DNA of 64,000 bases from Vermamoeba vermiformis (Eukaryota): NCBI GenBank assembly GCA_045837725.1, contig JBEWZL010000083.1, forward strand, positions 62,001 through 126,000, written 5' to 3'. The translations under genes and the position numbers were made by a program. Below are positions 26,376 through 39,517 of this stretch, piece by piece. The notes below the pieces were generated by a model. It did not search any database. It was not told the origin of the DNA and was given only the letters and a program-made list of their open reading frames with translations. Each line of letters begins with the position of its first letter. Within the stretch, counting starts at the first letter, position 1.

Positions 26376-28552
26376 ATGCTAGCGCGCAGTGGAAGCCCAA
26401 CAAATCGAAGTGCAAGTCCGAATAGAAAACGATCATTTGATGGACTCGAGCGAGGTGATATTATTCGCATCGAAGAGATCTTTAGAAGGCAGTTAATTGA
26501 ACGACAAACAAACACCATCTTGATCGAGGACAAAGGACTCAGCATTTTTTACGTTAGTACGTATATTAATACTTAACGTTATTTTTACTATACCATTAAC
26601 CGTACTGAATTCAATTAACGAGTTATTGTAGAATATTTTTACGTGAATTTAATTTATTGAATTATTTTTGAGCGGTTAATGCAAGAATTCAATCTTGATC
26701 TTATAAAAAATAATGACTGTATGAATAGACATCTGTAATTAAAATCAATAGCGATTAATTTATCAAGGTGGCTTCTTGTCATTACTAAATTAATTAATTT
26801 TTAATTTATAATTATTTAGCTGACGAATTTTGGGCTAAATTACAAGAAGATTTATCCAAATTAAAACCAAAGCCTAAATATGGACAAAATGAAGCTGCAA
26901 GTGACGAAGAAGATCCGGATGCCAAGCCCCCAGAAGTCGAGATCTTAAATATCAGCAATAACAATTTAACGGCCAAAGATATTTTCTCGCTGGAGAAATT
27001 TCCTAATTTGGTAGAATTCAAAGCGCACAGCAACAATATCAGAGCGGTGCCAGCTGGCATTGAAAATTTCACGAAACTGCAGCGATTGGATCTGTCAAAC
27101 AATAATATCGCAGCATTGAAGGGCATTGATGGACTGACTTCATTATTAAGATTAAATTGTGGCAAAAATAGAATCGAGACATTACCGGACAAATTAGGAA
27201 ATTTGCAAAAGTTGAAATATTTACGGCTCGGAGCTAACGGACTGACAAAAATCAAAATGGTGATGAATTTGACGAATTTGTTGGAATTAGATTTAAATAG
27301 CAACAAAATTACAAAAATTCCGCAAAGTATTGGAAATTTAATCAAATTGGAGCGATTGGAGCTGAACAACAACAAATTGACAGCATTGCCTTCAGAAATT
27401 GGAGCATTAACGAGCCTAAATTACTTGAATATTAGCAATAATCAGATTGTTAAATTACCCGAAGAAATTTGCCAATTGGCGAACTTGCAAGATCTGATCT
27501 TAAAACAAAACAAATTGATCGGCTTGCCTGACCGATTTTCCAGCATGAAATCGCTTAGAAGAATATTCGCGGAACAAAATAAGATAGAAGAGTTACCAGC
27601 GTCAATAGGAGACCTAGAATCATTAACTGAGCTGGATGTAAGCGACAATCAGTTGACGATCGTCGATCAGAAAATATTGGATCTGTTTGAAAAGAACTTA
27701 CAATCACTTAATATCAGTCACAATAATATAACAACACTTCCGCCGGTCAAAGAGAACCATATAACAGCAGTCTCAAAACGGCAGATCAGATTTCAATTCC
27801 ACTTCAATTTTTTTATCGACGCTCCGATGCCTCTGCACCACATGATGTTCACCGAATCAATTCCGGACAAAATTCTCGATCATTTGTTTATTTCAAATGC
27901 ATTGGCTGCGTCTAATCAACGAGCGCTGAAAACTTTGGGCATTACGCACGTGATCTGCGCTGCATTCGAAGAAGATGCAACAAAATTTCCAGTAAGTACA
28001 TCATATATAACGCATAATACACTATTATTATTCAAATTTTTCGTACTGGAAATAAAATTGATAAAATATTTCCTTTTAGGGAATAACGCATAAAGTAATG
28101 AACTGGAACGATATACATACTCAATTAGTGCTCGAACACTTTGACGTTGCCTTAAAGTTCATTGAAGGAGCTGTTAGTAAGGGCGGCAAGGTCTTAGTTC
28201 ATTGGTAAGATCCGCATCTGAAATTTCAAACCGTTACTGACCCTTATTCTCCATTCTATAGCCAAGCCGGTATTTCTCGAAGGTAATATAAGCCATGTAC
28301 TATCGATATACATCTATTCTAACCTTTATCGTAGCGCCACTATCGTGATCAGTTGGCTCATGTACGCTGAAAAGATGCGCTTTAAAGAAGCCCTGCATTT
28401 TGTCAAAGAACGGCGCCCGATTGTTAATCCTAATATGGGTTTCACTCAACAGCTGTAAGTACTAACCTACACGTGTAATTAAATCAAAATTATTAATCGA
28501 CTTTTCCGGATGCAGGTTACAATACGAAGACATGTTGTTTAAAGGCAAATAA
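26376..28552 (+). CDS. Leucine-rich-repeat dual-specificity phosphatase (LRR-DSP, Dictyostelium Mpl-like architecture)
   Basis: Many LxxLxLxxNxL repeats in ORF 27008-28093; DSP domain PDKILDHLFIS..LGITHVI, spliced active site VLVHCQAGISRSATIV, and RPIVNPNMGF. Confidence 0.93.
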
Positions 28553-28583
28553 AATGGCTTAATTGTATATACTATACGTCATA

Positions 28584-31500
28584 TTACATTTCTATGTCGA
28601 TTCCTTTCGGTGCAGTCGGCTCTGTAATCTCCCAGCATTGCGTCTGTTCATTGAACTTCTCGAAGACCATAATTGACGCACCACGAAATCCTTCGTCCAA
28701 GCGACGACTATAATATGCCATTAATATGAGTAATAATACTTACGTTTTGTTTAAACAAGTGGTACTAATTATTCACTCGAAATTCTGAGAAAATAATTCT
28801 TAACTTACGTAATGATCTGACAAGGCTTCTCATTTAAGTTATCGCTGGAGAACGTGAATGGCGCTACCGTATCGGTATGTTTGCGCCAGTACTTCAAGAA
28901 AGTGGGCGTAATTATTTTAGCAGCACCGTCAGCTTTGTTTTGTCCGTAATAGCTAGTGCGCGAATGCGCGCCAATGAATGTAATGCGATTGGACTTGTTC
29001 TTGAGATGCTCGTAGCTTTCATTCCAAGTATAATGATTTGTTTGAGCCCTAGCAATGAAATTTTGTTTATAATCGTACGAAAGTGGATGTGGTTTAGAAT
29101 TTTCAATCATAACGTACCTTGGAGCTTCTGCAGCAGGGATCTCGTAATAGCTAATAGCTGACAAGTCTCCTAACTCGCATTTGAGTGTTTCTCGTGCAAA
29201 CTTGGTCAGATCCAACGGATTAAGTTTCGTGACTTGCACCGTTGGCGAACCCTATAATAATAACAGGTTAATTTTACTATTAATCTAAATTAGATAATTA
29301 TTTACCGTGAATACTACTACGCTCATAGGCTTTTCCAAATAATGATGAAGGAAATCGAATACAATCAAAGCCCTAATAAAGTTGAATTATTACCAAATAA
29401 GGAAATAATAACAAATTGACAAAAGTTCGTACGTATCACCCACGACAATCGAACCGTTAGGCAAGCAGGCTATTTTGACTTCATCTTTGTTAAAACTCGG
29501 AACATATTTGGTGCACAACAAGGTGAAGTCCTTAGTCATGTCAAATATGGCTATAAATCCGCCTGAATTGCTGTGGTAGCTTCGATGGGCCTCGAGGAGC
29601 CTAGCAGACACGACTAACTTCCACTTGTCGATCGAAACACCTGTGAACTAAAAAATACAAACAAACGTCAGGTTGGCATTTCGCGCATATCTTTGCAAAA
29701 ATTTGTTTCAAATTTCCAAAAATAGTAATATTTGCAACGTACCTTAAATTTCTGAGTCGTTTTGAAGATTTTCATGCCGATTGATTTGAGCAATTTTGCA
29801 TTAGGATCGTTCAAGTCGTACACGAACACTTCTGATTCTGTAATGAACGCGATCTAGTAGAGAAACATTATTAATAACGATCATAGTATGAATAATATGA
29901 CCCCGCACCTTATCGTCGAACAAACAGAATGAATATTGTGTCGATTGATGTGGAAATGATTTTTCAACCAGTCCACTCGTCAAGCTGACAAAAATAGTCT
30001 CGTCACTTTCACCGACACTCATGATGGCATAGTGTTTCTAAATAAGGAAATTAATTAATTAACAAACACTGATTGCCGTCTTTTTGTTCCATACGTAAAA
30101 TCCAATGACCACGTCACCCACGCAATCGAGAATTATTTCATGAATCAGCTCGCCATTCGTGACATTCCACACTTCAATGATGAACTTGTCACAACCTTGG
30201 CGCACAGCACTAACAACATTATAATAAGTCAATATCATTGTGAAATAAATAAAAATAACGTACGTGTTCCTGTCGTAGATCAACAGTTGAGCAGATCCAT
30301 CCAAATTGGGAAGTCCTGTCATCATTCTCGCAGGAGCGCGCAGTGTGTGCCAAGGATCGTCTAGATCAGCACGAACGAATTTGTTCTTGCGTGCTAAAAT
30401 AAGTAGAAAATTGATGTTAGAACAATCGTGGGCACCGTGATAGATATTGTTTGACACTTATTTAGTTCAGTGAACGGAGAGAAAGATATTTCGTAGCAAA
30501 TATTTTTTCACACGTGTCAAAAATGTCAGTGCTTTAAGTTGACACCGTACTTATTTTGATGGCATCTTTCAGCGGAATTTCGTCATTGACATTGCAATAC
30601 ACTTCATCCCACTGCCAATCTGCAAATTGAGTTGATTTGGGGACCACGCGCACTCCATTAATCAATTGCACGCCGTAATACGTCTCTTTTTCAACTCCAC
30701 CCGCACCCAAGTCAATCACTACTGTCTTATCCAATGACGTACTCGATCCATATGACCTGCATATTATTGTCATCAATTAACATAATTATGTTGGTGCTGT
30801 CTTGAACGGATCCGATCCAGAATTTAATTTCAATTTCCGTAAATTATGTTATACACTACTATTAATACGTACGAGTGGTGCACCTTCTCTTTGGTGAGCG
30901 CGATTAAATTGCCGTGCTGACTCCACTTGTATTGAAATGACGTGCGTGACCGGCCTGAATCGTACTCCTGACTCAGCACTTGCATCCAACAACTGAAATA
31001 GTATTATGACTTAATATATTAAGTAGTAATCATGTCAGTATTATAACGATCACTTACTCGCCCTTGGCCATCTGTTGCTCAATGAGGTGTTGTTTGAACA
31101 CTTCTTCGCGTGCATTGAAAGTGGACAGATCGACATTGGGCGGCAAGACGTAGCGGTGTTGATAGGCGTGCTGCGTCATATGAAGGTTATTTTTGGTTTT
31201 ATAATGAATTTAATGCAGCATATAAGCGAGAATAGTAAATGCTAGTAAGTTAACGGAATCCAAGAAATTCATTATGTCGGAAATTTCGTTAATTGACGAA
31301 CTAACAGTTAAAAATAGCGTTACGTCGATACTATTAATACTACGATTATTATTGTACATCATTCATGTCAATTAATAATAATTACAGCTTTTAAATACCT
31401 GAAATACTCGGACTGAGGTTTGAAGCCATAATTTGCAAGAAATAATGACTTTTGCTAACGAGGGAGGGTCTAAGTGCATTAATATTAATTCCAGCACCTC

Positions 31501-31776
31501 TGGTGGAAACAATCCATTGGGAATAAGCGGATCTACGACCTCAAAAGGACTCTAAAACATTAAACGTCAATTAAATAATTATGAAAAAGGAACTATTTGT
31601 ACCTTGATGGCCTCCAACCGTTTATGTAGATACCCATAATCCTGTTTTTATAATTATTAAAATTTTCGGTGCTTTTTCAAGACATCCAGGTCTTTGCCGA
31701 ATAAAGATCTTGCGTCTCGATGGCTGCCTAGTACCTGTTTACCGTAAGTGCGCGGTGTTGATTTTCCTTGGCCCAT
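28584..31776 (-). CDS. F-box protein with N-myristoylation-type start and beta-rich C-terminal region
   Basis: First exon MGQGKSTPRTYGKQ; third exon contains F-box-like LFPPEVLELILMHLDPPSLAK; many downstream exons with canonical splice sites; last exon ends KGIDIEM. Confidence 0.65.
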
Positions 31777-31941
31777 TGTTGTTAGTTAGGCTTAACTAGT
31801 TATTTAGAATTGAATGAACGGTCGATCCAAATTCCGGGTGTCTTTGATTGTTGACCAAGTTTGACCATTTTTTATTTACGTAAATACTATGTCAGTAATA
31901 ATACATGACTATATGTGCAATTTTAATTTAAGAATAATATT

Positions 31942-33900
31942 TTATCGCTGACGCTGAGCGATTCTGAATTTGAATCGAATGAACAGAACGGCAAACACGA
32001 TCCAAGCAGCTAAAATGACAGCTAATAAGACAGCACCAACAGCCCATGCCCAAGGCTCAATAGTGACGGTATTATCGGAAGGTGCAGCGGTTGGAATCGG
32101 ATCTGGTACAGGAACTTCAGGCACAAAATCGAGTGGTACATCCACATTGGCGGAAAAATAATCCACGGGCTGCATATCCTCTTGAGTGTATGGAGGTAAG
32201 AGTAATTGATAAGACAGTTCCATCAGCATATTAAATTGGATCGCTCCATAGTCGACACGGCTGACCCGAGTGTGCCACACCAAATAGCGGCCTGATGGAT
32301 CTACTTCAGGTCGAAATTTGGCGTTGTATATTCCACTATAAAATGCCGTCGGAGACTGCACTAGGACATCACTTGGAGTACTGCTTAATCTAAATACAAT
32401 GATAATTAGGATTTGAATCTGGATCGAGTTTGCCTTCCGTAGTTCGTAAAAGCTTCTTTCTATAGCAATAGTATATAGCTTACTTGAAGCATATAATCTC
32501 GTTGTTGCGCGAATACTCGAGGTCATATATATAGCTCGCGCCACAAGCGAATTGCTGATCCAAAGAGACGCCCTCCTTAGAATTACGCCAAGTTAGTTCT
32601 CGAGGTCCGGCCTCTGTATAATATCATTGAAGTATTAATCTTGAAGAGTCGCAATTTCTTCGAATAAATAAAGAAAATAAAACTTAGATCTCATTTTTGT
32701 ACTGACCGTTATGTCCATAGACGAAGTTACGCGTGTTTGTGTCAGCAAACGTAAATGCGTAAATTAAATATCCTCCCGATGCAATCGAAGGTTCAAAAGC
32801 AGTCGCTTTGCTCAAGTCTGCGTAGTTTCTAAATTGAGGAATAATTAAACCAACCAGTCCAAGGCTCTCATGCAATACTTACAGCTCAGATATTACTACT
32901 GATCTATATCCGACGTCCCACGCCCCATCCACGAATTCATAGCCTTTACTTTCGACGATCTGCTCGCTCTGATCCGCTAACTTGACTATTCTCAAGGTAC
33001 CGTTCTTTGGCGCCGTGGACGTGTTCAAATACTTCTCTTGGATAACGAGATACTCTATGCGTATATTAATATACGCTAAGCCTTAGAATTGAAAAAACGT
33101 ACCGCCAGACAGATCGAGCTTGCATTTTATAATATAGTCCGCCTTGCGTGGAATAAGGACTTTGTTGGTGGGAGATGTCACGAAACATCCCAGGGCAGTA
33201 TAATTCGTCAATAAGGTGATGAGTAGCGAGTGCGTATTGTCGTCAGCAGATGAGCTCGCTTGAGTAGCCTCAGTGAAGAAATAATAGCCAGGTTCGTTAG
33301 CTGGAACTTGATTATACGGATACGAAGAGTGGGCTTTGGCGAGTATTCCTACATTAGTCTGCATTGTCCACTAACATTAAGAATTAGATCTGGTCCCAGA
33401 AAAAGGTTTAGAGGTAATTTACTTACCAGTATGCCATCGATATCAAGCATGTAGATTCTATAAGGATCTGTAGCACTACAGTAATACTCTCTTACAGTTT
33501 TCTGCTGTGGACCATCAAAAAAGAATCCATGATCCACAATCTCACCAGTCTTCTTATCGTACGAATAAATTCCTAACATCGGTTTTGGATAACCCGAGTC
33601 GTAGGTAAGGCGCGTACTGACTATTAGTAATTTATCTAAGCCATAAGCTGCGTTGATTGTAGTTCTAGCATCACCGTAGGGAAGAGTGTTGTTGTTGACT
33701 TGATAAATAACCGTATTGTACGGAGGAAATATCGTAGTTGGTTGTGCTATATTAATAGGTAGCAATATTGATGTATTAGCCTCACGAATTATTACATCCT
33801 TCGACGAATCCAAAAATCCACCCTGAGGTTGCGCCAATGAACCTGCGAAACTAAAAATGAATATACAGCAGGAATAAATAATAGCGGTTATTATGGTCAT
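31942..33900 (-). CDS. Type I membrane glycoprotein of unknown function
   Basis: Signal peptide MTIITAIIYSCCIFIFSFAGSLA; Pro-rich stalk PEVPVPDPIPTAAP; TM WAWAVGAVLLAVILAAWIVFAVLFI followed by a basic tail. Confidence 0.8.
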
Positions 33901-33990
33901 TGGCTCGATATCATAAAATAAATAAAATTTTCTGCTAGAAGATCCAAAAATAGAAAATGCGTAGCAGCTCATTTTTGTTAGCTCCGCAAG

Positions 33991-34350
33991 ATGCCAAACC
34001 TCATCGCTTGCTCTATCATAGTTGTAATAATAGGGTTACCGCGTTCTGACGGTCAGCAATCGCAGTGCAATAATTGGGTACTGGAAGCAACCAAATCCAA
34101 TGCGAACTCGGTTACTGTTGCGGTAATCGTTGCGTAGATACTCTTTCCCCGGCTCTTCAAACACAAGGTAAAAGGGAGAATTGTACTTCATGCAAGACGT
34201 GCAAAGACAACCTTTGCTGCGAGAAAGGGATTTGTTCGAAATGCGTGCGGTACAACAAAAGGCGAATTTAAATGCGGATGCACCAATTCAACTACTTACT
34301 GTATTCCATTTTATATCACTGGAGTTAAATATGAATGCGTTCAAGGTCAG
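33991..34350 (+). pseudogene. Small secreted cysteine-rich protein interrupted by two frameshifts (pseudogene or assembly errors)
   Basis: MPNLIACSIIVVIIGLPRSDGQQSQC / GTGSNQIQCELGYCCGNRC...CTSCKTCKDNLCCEKGICSKC / CGTTKGEFKCGCTNSTTYC...ECVQGQ, with frame changes near 34075 and 34243. Confidence 0.5.
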
Positions 34351-34807
34351 GTAAGTGCTGGTCGTCCGATCGGCCACACAGATGCAGCCTGTTGGCATAT
34401 CTATGGGAAGTTGAATAAATGGCGCTATTAGATCTTGTAAATTATTATAATTAAACGAAGGTACTGTTAGAGCTCGAAAAAATAATTAGGAATTATTAAA
34501 ATCAACATGTCACTCCAAAATTCAATAATATTCCTTCGCTTACCGAATGATTGATCGTGAACAAGTAAAATTTTGAGCCATTTATCCCAAAATTTTGTGG
34601 CGTGATCTTCAATGCTCGATCTAGAACTCTGTTCGTCTGTTATTCCTCTTTACATTGGTCTATCTTCAATATCTTGTGCCAGTAATTAAATGGCAATTAC
34701 AGATCAGGACTGAAAAGGGCCAGGCTTGATCGTGTTTCACAATAATGCAGGCAGATAAATAGTAGTTTTTGTAAGATCGAACCTGAAGAACACAAACAAG
34801 ATATACA

Positions 34808-35968
34808 ATGGTAACAAATTAATACTAAATACATTTTCATACGCTAACATGCGCAATTACAGAATAAAGAGTTACTGTCACCCGAAGGACTACGGATTGA
34901 CGGTAGACGTCCTGGAGGTAATTAGAAAATATCATATAAATAGCCATGATGTGTATATAGTTATAGTGAAGCAATTATAATATTATTAGAATTTTTTGAA
35001 CGATAATAATAATTATTGGTTCAGAGTTGAGAAAGATCCGAGCCAAAATGGGCTTATTTAGCCGTGCAGATGGCTCAGCTTATTATGAACAAGGAAATAC
35101 AAAAGTATTAGCTTCAGTTTATGGCCCTAGAGAAGTAAGTTGTGGACTCGATCGGAATTCTTATCACGATCCGTCAAGGTTGGATTACAAGATCCACGAT
35201 TATTTTCATAATGATGCACTCTATATGCTCATTTACCAATATATTATAGGTTACTGGACGAAATCAAGCGTTACACGATCGAGCAATTATTAACTGCGAA
35301 TACAGTATGGCAACTTTCAGCACTGGCGAACGAAAAAAGAAATCAAAAGGAGACAGGTAATTAACCAAAATACATCGATATTAATATTATGCACGGTCTG
35401 TTGATTAACAGGATTAAATACTCGCAGACGATCAACCGAGATCTCGCTCTTACTCAAACAAACCTTTGAAGCAGCAATCATGTCGCATTTATTCCCTCGT
35501 TCACAAATAGACATCTTCGTTCAAGTATTACAAGCTGATGGAGGTAAGTAGCTTAGTCAATGGTTTATTAAGAGTTCTAAGCACATCCAGTACGCGCGCT
35601 AAAATATTCTTTTCTTAGGCACTCGATGCGCTGCTATTAATGCCGCTACATTAGCTTTGATAGACGCAGGTGTTCCTATGAAAGATTTTGTTGTCGCTTG
35701 TGCCGCTGGTTACGTGGATGGAACTCCGATCTTGGATTTGAATTACATGGAGGACTCTTCCGGCAACCCAGATCTGCCCATCGCCATCTTTCCAAAGACA
35801 AACAAAGTTACTATGCTACAAATGGACTCAAAATTGCCATTAGATACGTTAGAAAAGGTTTTGAACTTGGCTGTTACTGGCTGCCAGCAGATTTACCAAA
35901 TGCTCGTAGAAACTGCTCAAAGTTCGTCGCAAGAGTTGCTTGAGAGTCGAGGATTGTTCACTAGCTAG
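34808..35968 (+). CDS. RRP41: RNA exosome core subunit Rrp41 (RNase PH family)
   Basis: LSPEGLRIDGRR, ADGSAYYEQGNTKVLASVYGPRE, CEYSMATFSTGERK, PRSQIDIFVQVLQADGG, ALIDAGVPMKDFV. Confidence 0.96.
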
Positions 35969-36116
35969 TTTTATAATGTTATATAATTTAAAAAGCCTTT
36001 TCAAGACGTTACTTTGTGGTTAGTAACTTTCCAGTACGCGCACTGCACCCGAGCTAGATCTGACGTTCATTCGCGTTTATTTACATTGATCGTAGCATTA
36101 TAATACTATTTTAATA

Positions 36117-37194
36117 TTATTCAGGGTTCTCTATTTGTCCAAAGAACTTTGTAATGATGGTAATTACCACGTTGAGCGCGGGTAATAACGGATCTGTAGG
36201 GCCGCTCTAAATACAATGTCATGAATATCAACGATATATTAAATAGTAACTGCCTACCACTTTCGATCTTGCGGTACAACACTTTCTTAGCAATACACGT
36301 AAGTTAGCTGAAGTGTCTGGATCCAGAGGCTTTTCGAGTGCTGCCAATAGCGCAAATAGCCATAGCAATCGCTGCTCATTGACTTCGATCTTTTCGAGCC
36401 ATTGAATATGATAGTTTATTAGTGTATCTACGTGCGGCTGAAAAATAGAAACTTTAGTTGGGATCCGGAGGCCATATTTGATGAATTGTGTTCACTAGTA
36501 CTTATAGACATGCTTAATATTATAGTTACCTCGTCTAACTGCAATATTATAGATAATAAAGGCGCATTATTCATGTCTATCCGTTTGAAAGTAAATTCAC
36601 TCCATCCGCTCTCGTCTTTGATCTTCGGCAATTTCAAGTGCGGTTTATTCGCTAATATTTCCTTATTTCGCCTATACTTATTCAACATCTATAAATGAAG
36701 CATTAGACAAGTAGAGCAATCGTGATCTGTTTTTATGAAAGAAAAAATACCTCTCTTAGTTGATTAAACTCTTTCAAAAACTTTGTTTGCCATTCAACAA
36801 GAGGTGCACAATCAGGTGGCGGTGGTGGCATAGCTCCAGGTAACACTTTTTTGACCGAAAATGTCTGCTTTTTATCAAACGCTCGTGGATCGACCTGAAA
36901 ATTTAATTTAAAATAATTCGCTTATAAAATTTGTATGTGGATCATAGTGTTTGATTATCGACCAATTTGAAATTAATCAAAAATTATCTAAGCGAAATAT
37001 TAAATTCTAAAATTCGGTCGAAGCTTGTTTTATTAATTTATCGAGCAAAAATCACGTACCTGAGCCACGTTAATATTAGGTAGCCTATTTGCCTCCCATC
37101 GGACTTGTTTCAAGTACTCCCATCCGTCAAGTGGCGGACCTAAACTCGGACCTGCTTCTCCATCAACAGGTAATGCAGGCGATGCGTCGTCCAT
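36117..37194 (-). CDS. GEMIN2: Gemin2 / SMN-interacting protein 1
   Basis: PPLDGMEYLKQVRWEA, WQTKFLKEF, WLFALLAALEKPLDPDTSANLRVLLRKC, LNVVITIITKFFGQ. Confidence 0.9.
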
Positions 37195-37314
37195 AAATAA
37201 TCGTTGCAACTATGATATCGTACCTTACGTGGTATTTTATCGGTCGATAAACGGTAAAGGCGACATCCGACTTTTTGACGACTTTTTCAATTTGGCGGTT
37301 TTGGCTTTCAACAA

Positions 37315-37389
37315 GGGCGCGTAGCTCAGCTGGTCTAGAGCGTCGGTTTGCAAGTCCGAAGGTCGCAGGTTCAAATCCCGCCGTGCCCT
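37315..37389 (+). tRNA. tRNA-Cys (GCA)
   Basis: Cloverleaf: acceptor GGGCGCG/CGTGCCC, D arm GCTC/GAGC, anticodon loop TTGCAAG, T loop GGTTCAAATCC, discriminator U, followed by a T-run terminator. Confidence 0.93.
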
Positions 37390-37630
37390 TTCTTTTTTGT
37401 CTTGTTCTGCTATTATTCGCAGATCTAGCCTGATAGATCCGCTTCTATGGACAAGCCGAATCCGCGGGAACAATCGCTTAGATCCGAATTAAATTTTACG
37501 ATAATTGGCTTTTGACCAAATTTCTTTTTCGTACAACTACCTTTACCATAAATAGCGCCCTCGTCAAAGCGGGATTAAGTTGGCCGGAAGAAATTGATTT
37601 CGATTTAATCAACTTGTAGCTATTTACTAG

Positions 37631-39517
37631 TTAAGCGACTTTTTTGGGATAGAACTCATTGAGCTGAAGGAAAGGCACATAGTTTAAACTCTCTCGCGGG
37701 AACATCTTCAGCAGATCCCAAGCCACGTCCAACACCTTCAGCAGATCACGTGACTCGTTACTCGATTGAGACATAATCTTTTCTTCGAATCGTTCCATGA
37801 ATTCTAACAGCAGTTGATCGCTTTCATCAATTGAAGACTCGCTCAGAACTGCTCGTAGGCTATTGACTTCATGAGCTGCTGCGTACAATCGATACTATTA
37901 ATACAAGACCTCACCGTTAGTGCAAAGAGTATATATTATGTTAATACTCAAGGGGCCACGTACTAATTGAAACACTACTGCGCGATGATCTTTACGAGTC
38001 ACGCCATCGCCTATTCCACGAGGGACTCTGTAGATGGCCATAACGTCTACTGGTGGATAAATACCGCGATTGTGTAAACTCCTACTGAGCACGAGATAAT
38101 TGTCCGTGACTGCGGCCATCAGATCCATGATCGGATGGTCCATGTCGTCGTTGGGTACAGTCACGATTGGTACGATAGTCAACGAGCCACTCGAGCCCAC
38201 AACAACACCGCCGCGCTCGAATAAGCTAGCCAGATCCGAGCTCAAATGGGCCGGGTACTTTTGTCTCTTTGACACCAACTTTTAATAACACAATTAATGA
38301 TGGTTTTTGATGGGTCAATAACGGGCTGAGTACTTACGTTATGATCTGTTATTCTCATGGTATCACAGTAATCGGACATATCTTGACGTTGCAGGTCAGA
38401 TTATGAACGTTCATGCATTGTATTTGAAATTTACCTGTGATTACAACCATCACGTGCTTTTGTTTCTCAAATGCCAAGTACTCTGCGAATGTCAAAGCTA
38501 TTCTCGGTGTCAACAAGCGCTCGTGAAAGGGATCGGAAATGCCGTTCATGAACGACGTGACTTGGTGCTTAGTCTGTTGAAATTCCGACGTGAAGAGCCG
38601 CATGGCTTCGTTTGACAGCTACAAGATCAATCGCCCGTCAAACATTGTACGAGATGTATTCGAGATAGTTTGTGACTTACCCCAATGCCTGCAAAGACCA
38701 CTGTGAACTCGGTCGAAATGTGGCCGTTGTGCCAAGTGTCCGGAAGAATGCTAGCCTGACGGATGATTTGCGCGGCCAGTTCGTGGTGAGAGAGACCACC
38801 CGCAGAGTATATCGTGTACTCGCGACCAATAGAGATGGTATTCATGAGGTCAATAGCTCCGATGCCTGTAGTGATCACGCCACTGGGGTACATCCGCGAA
38901 ACTGGATGATGGGCTGACCTTGAATATCCATGTGCTTCTCGGGATATGATATAAATGCCTTGTCCATGGGCTTGCCTACTCTATATTAAACGAGAGGGGT
39001 ATTAGCTCATGGTGTAACGATAAAAAATGAAGCGAGATCTTACCCATCAAAGAACCCTCCAATCATGTCCTCGCTCACTGGCATCTTGGACACCTCTCCC
39101 GTGCACTCAACTCGCACTTCAGATAAGCTAATACCATCAATTTCTTCAAAGACCTTCAATGGTGTCAATTATTTAGCCGCTCAGTTTTCCATCCGGAAAA
39201 TATCGAGCTTAGCTACGTACTTGAGCGACTGCTTGATCTCCTGATACGTTAATGATTTGACCTCGAATCGTCTTTCCATTTTTAGAATGAATATTAACCA
39301 TCTCCATCATTTTGGGCTGGAAGAAAATCATCAATTTTGTCAAACTCGTTTACAAAGACAGATTAAAATACCTTAATATTTTCTATGACTAGTAGATTCT
39401 CATTAGTCGCCGCTCTAATGGCTCGACAGCCTATACAAGTCCATTAAAATAAAAGAAAATTATATTTACTTTTGAATACCTACTTAGCATTGGTTGGATC
39501 GTCAAGTTCGATTCCAT
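37631..39517 (-). CDS. Divergent V-type ATPase subunit B paralogue (one apparent frameshift)
   Basis: Collinear motifs [100 protein letters not shown]; one base missing near 38906. Confidence 0.88.

Noticed and set aside
26812-27375. 187-aa minus-strand ORF
   Set aside because: Antisense shadow of the LRR exon.
33349-33430. Apparent frameshift between ORFs 33349-33972 and 33083-33364
   Set aside because: Explained by a canonical gtaagt...ttag intron.
37315-37389. tRNA pseudogene or suppressor because of U-U and A-C mismatches in the anticodon and T stems
   Set aside because: A/B boxes, GCA anticodon, U discriminator and terminator are intact; single mismatches are tolerated in real tRNAs.
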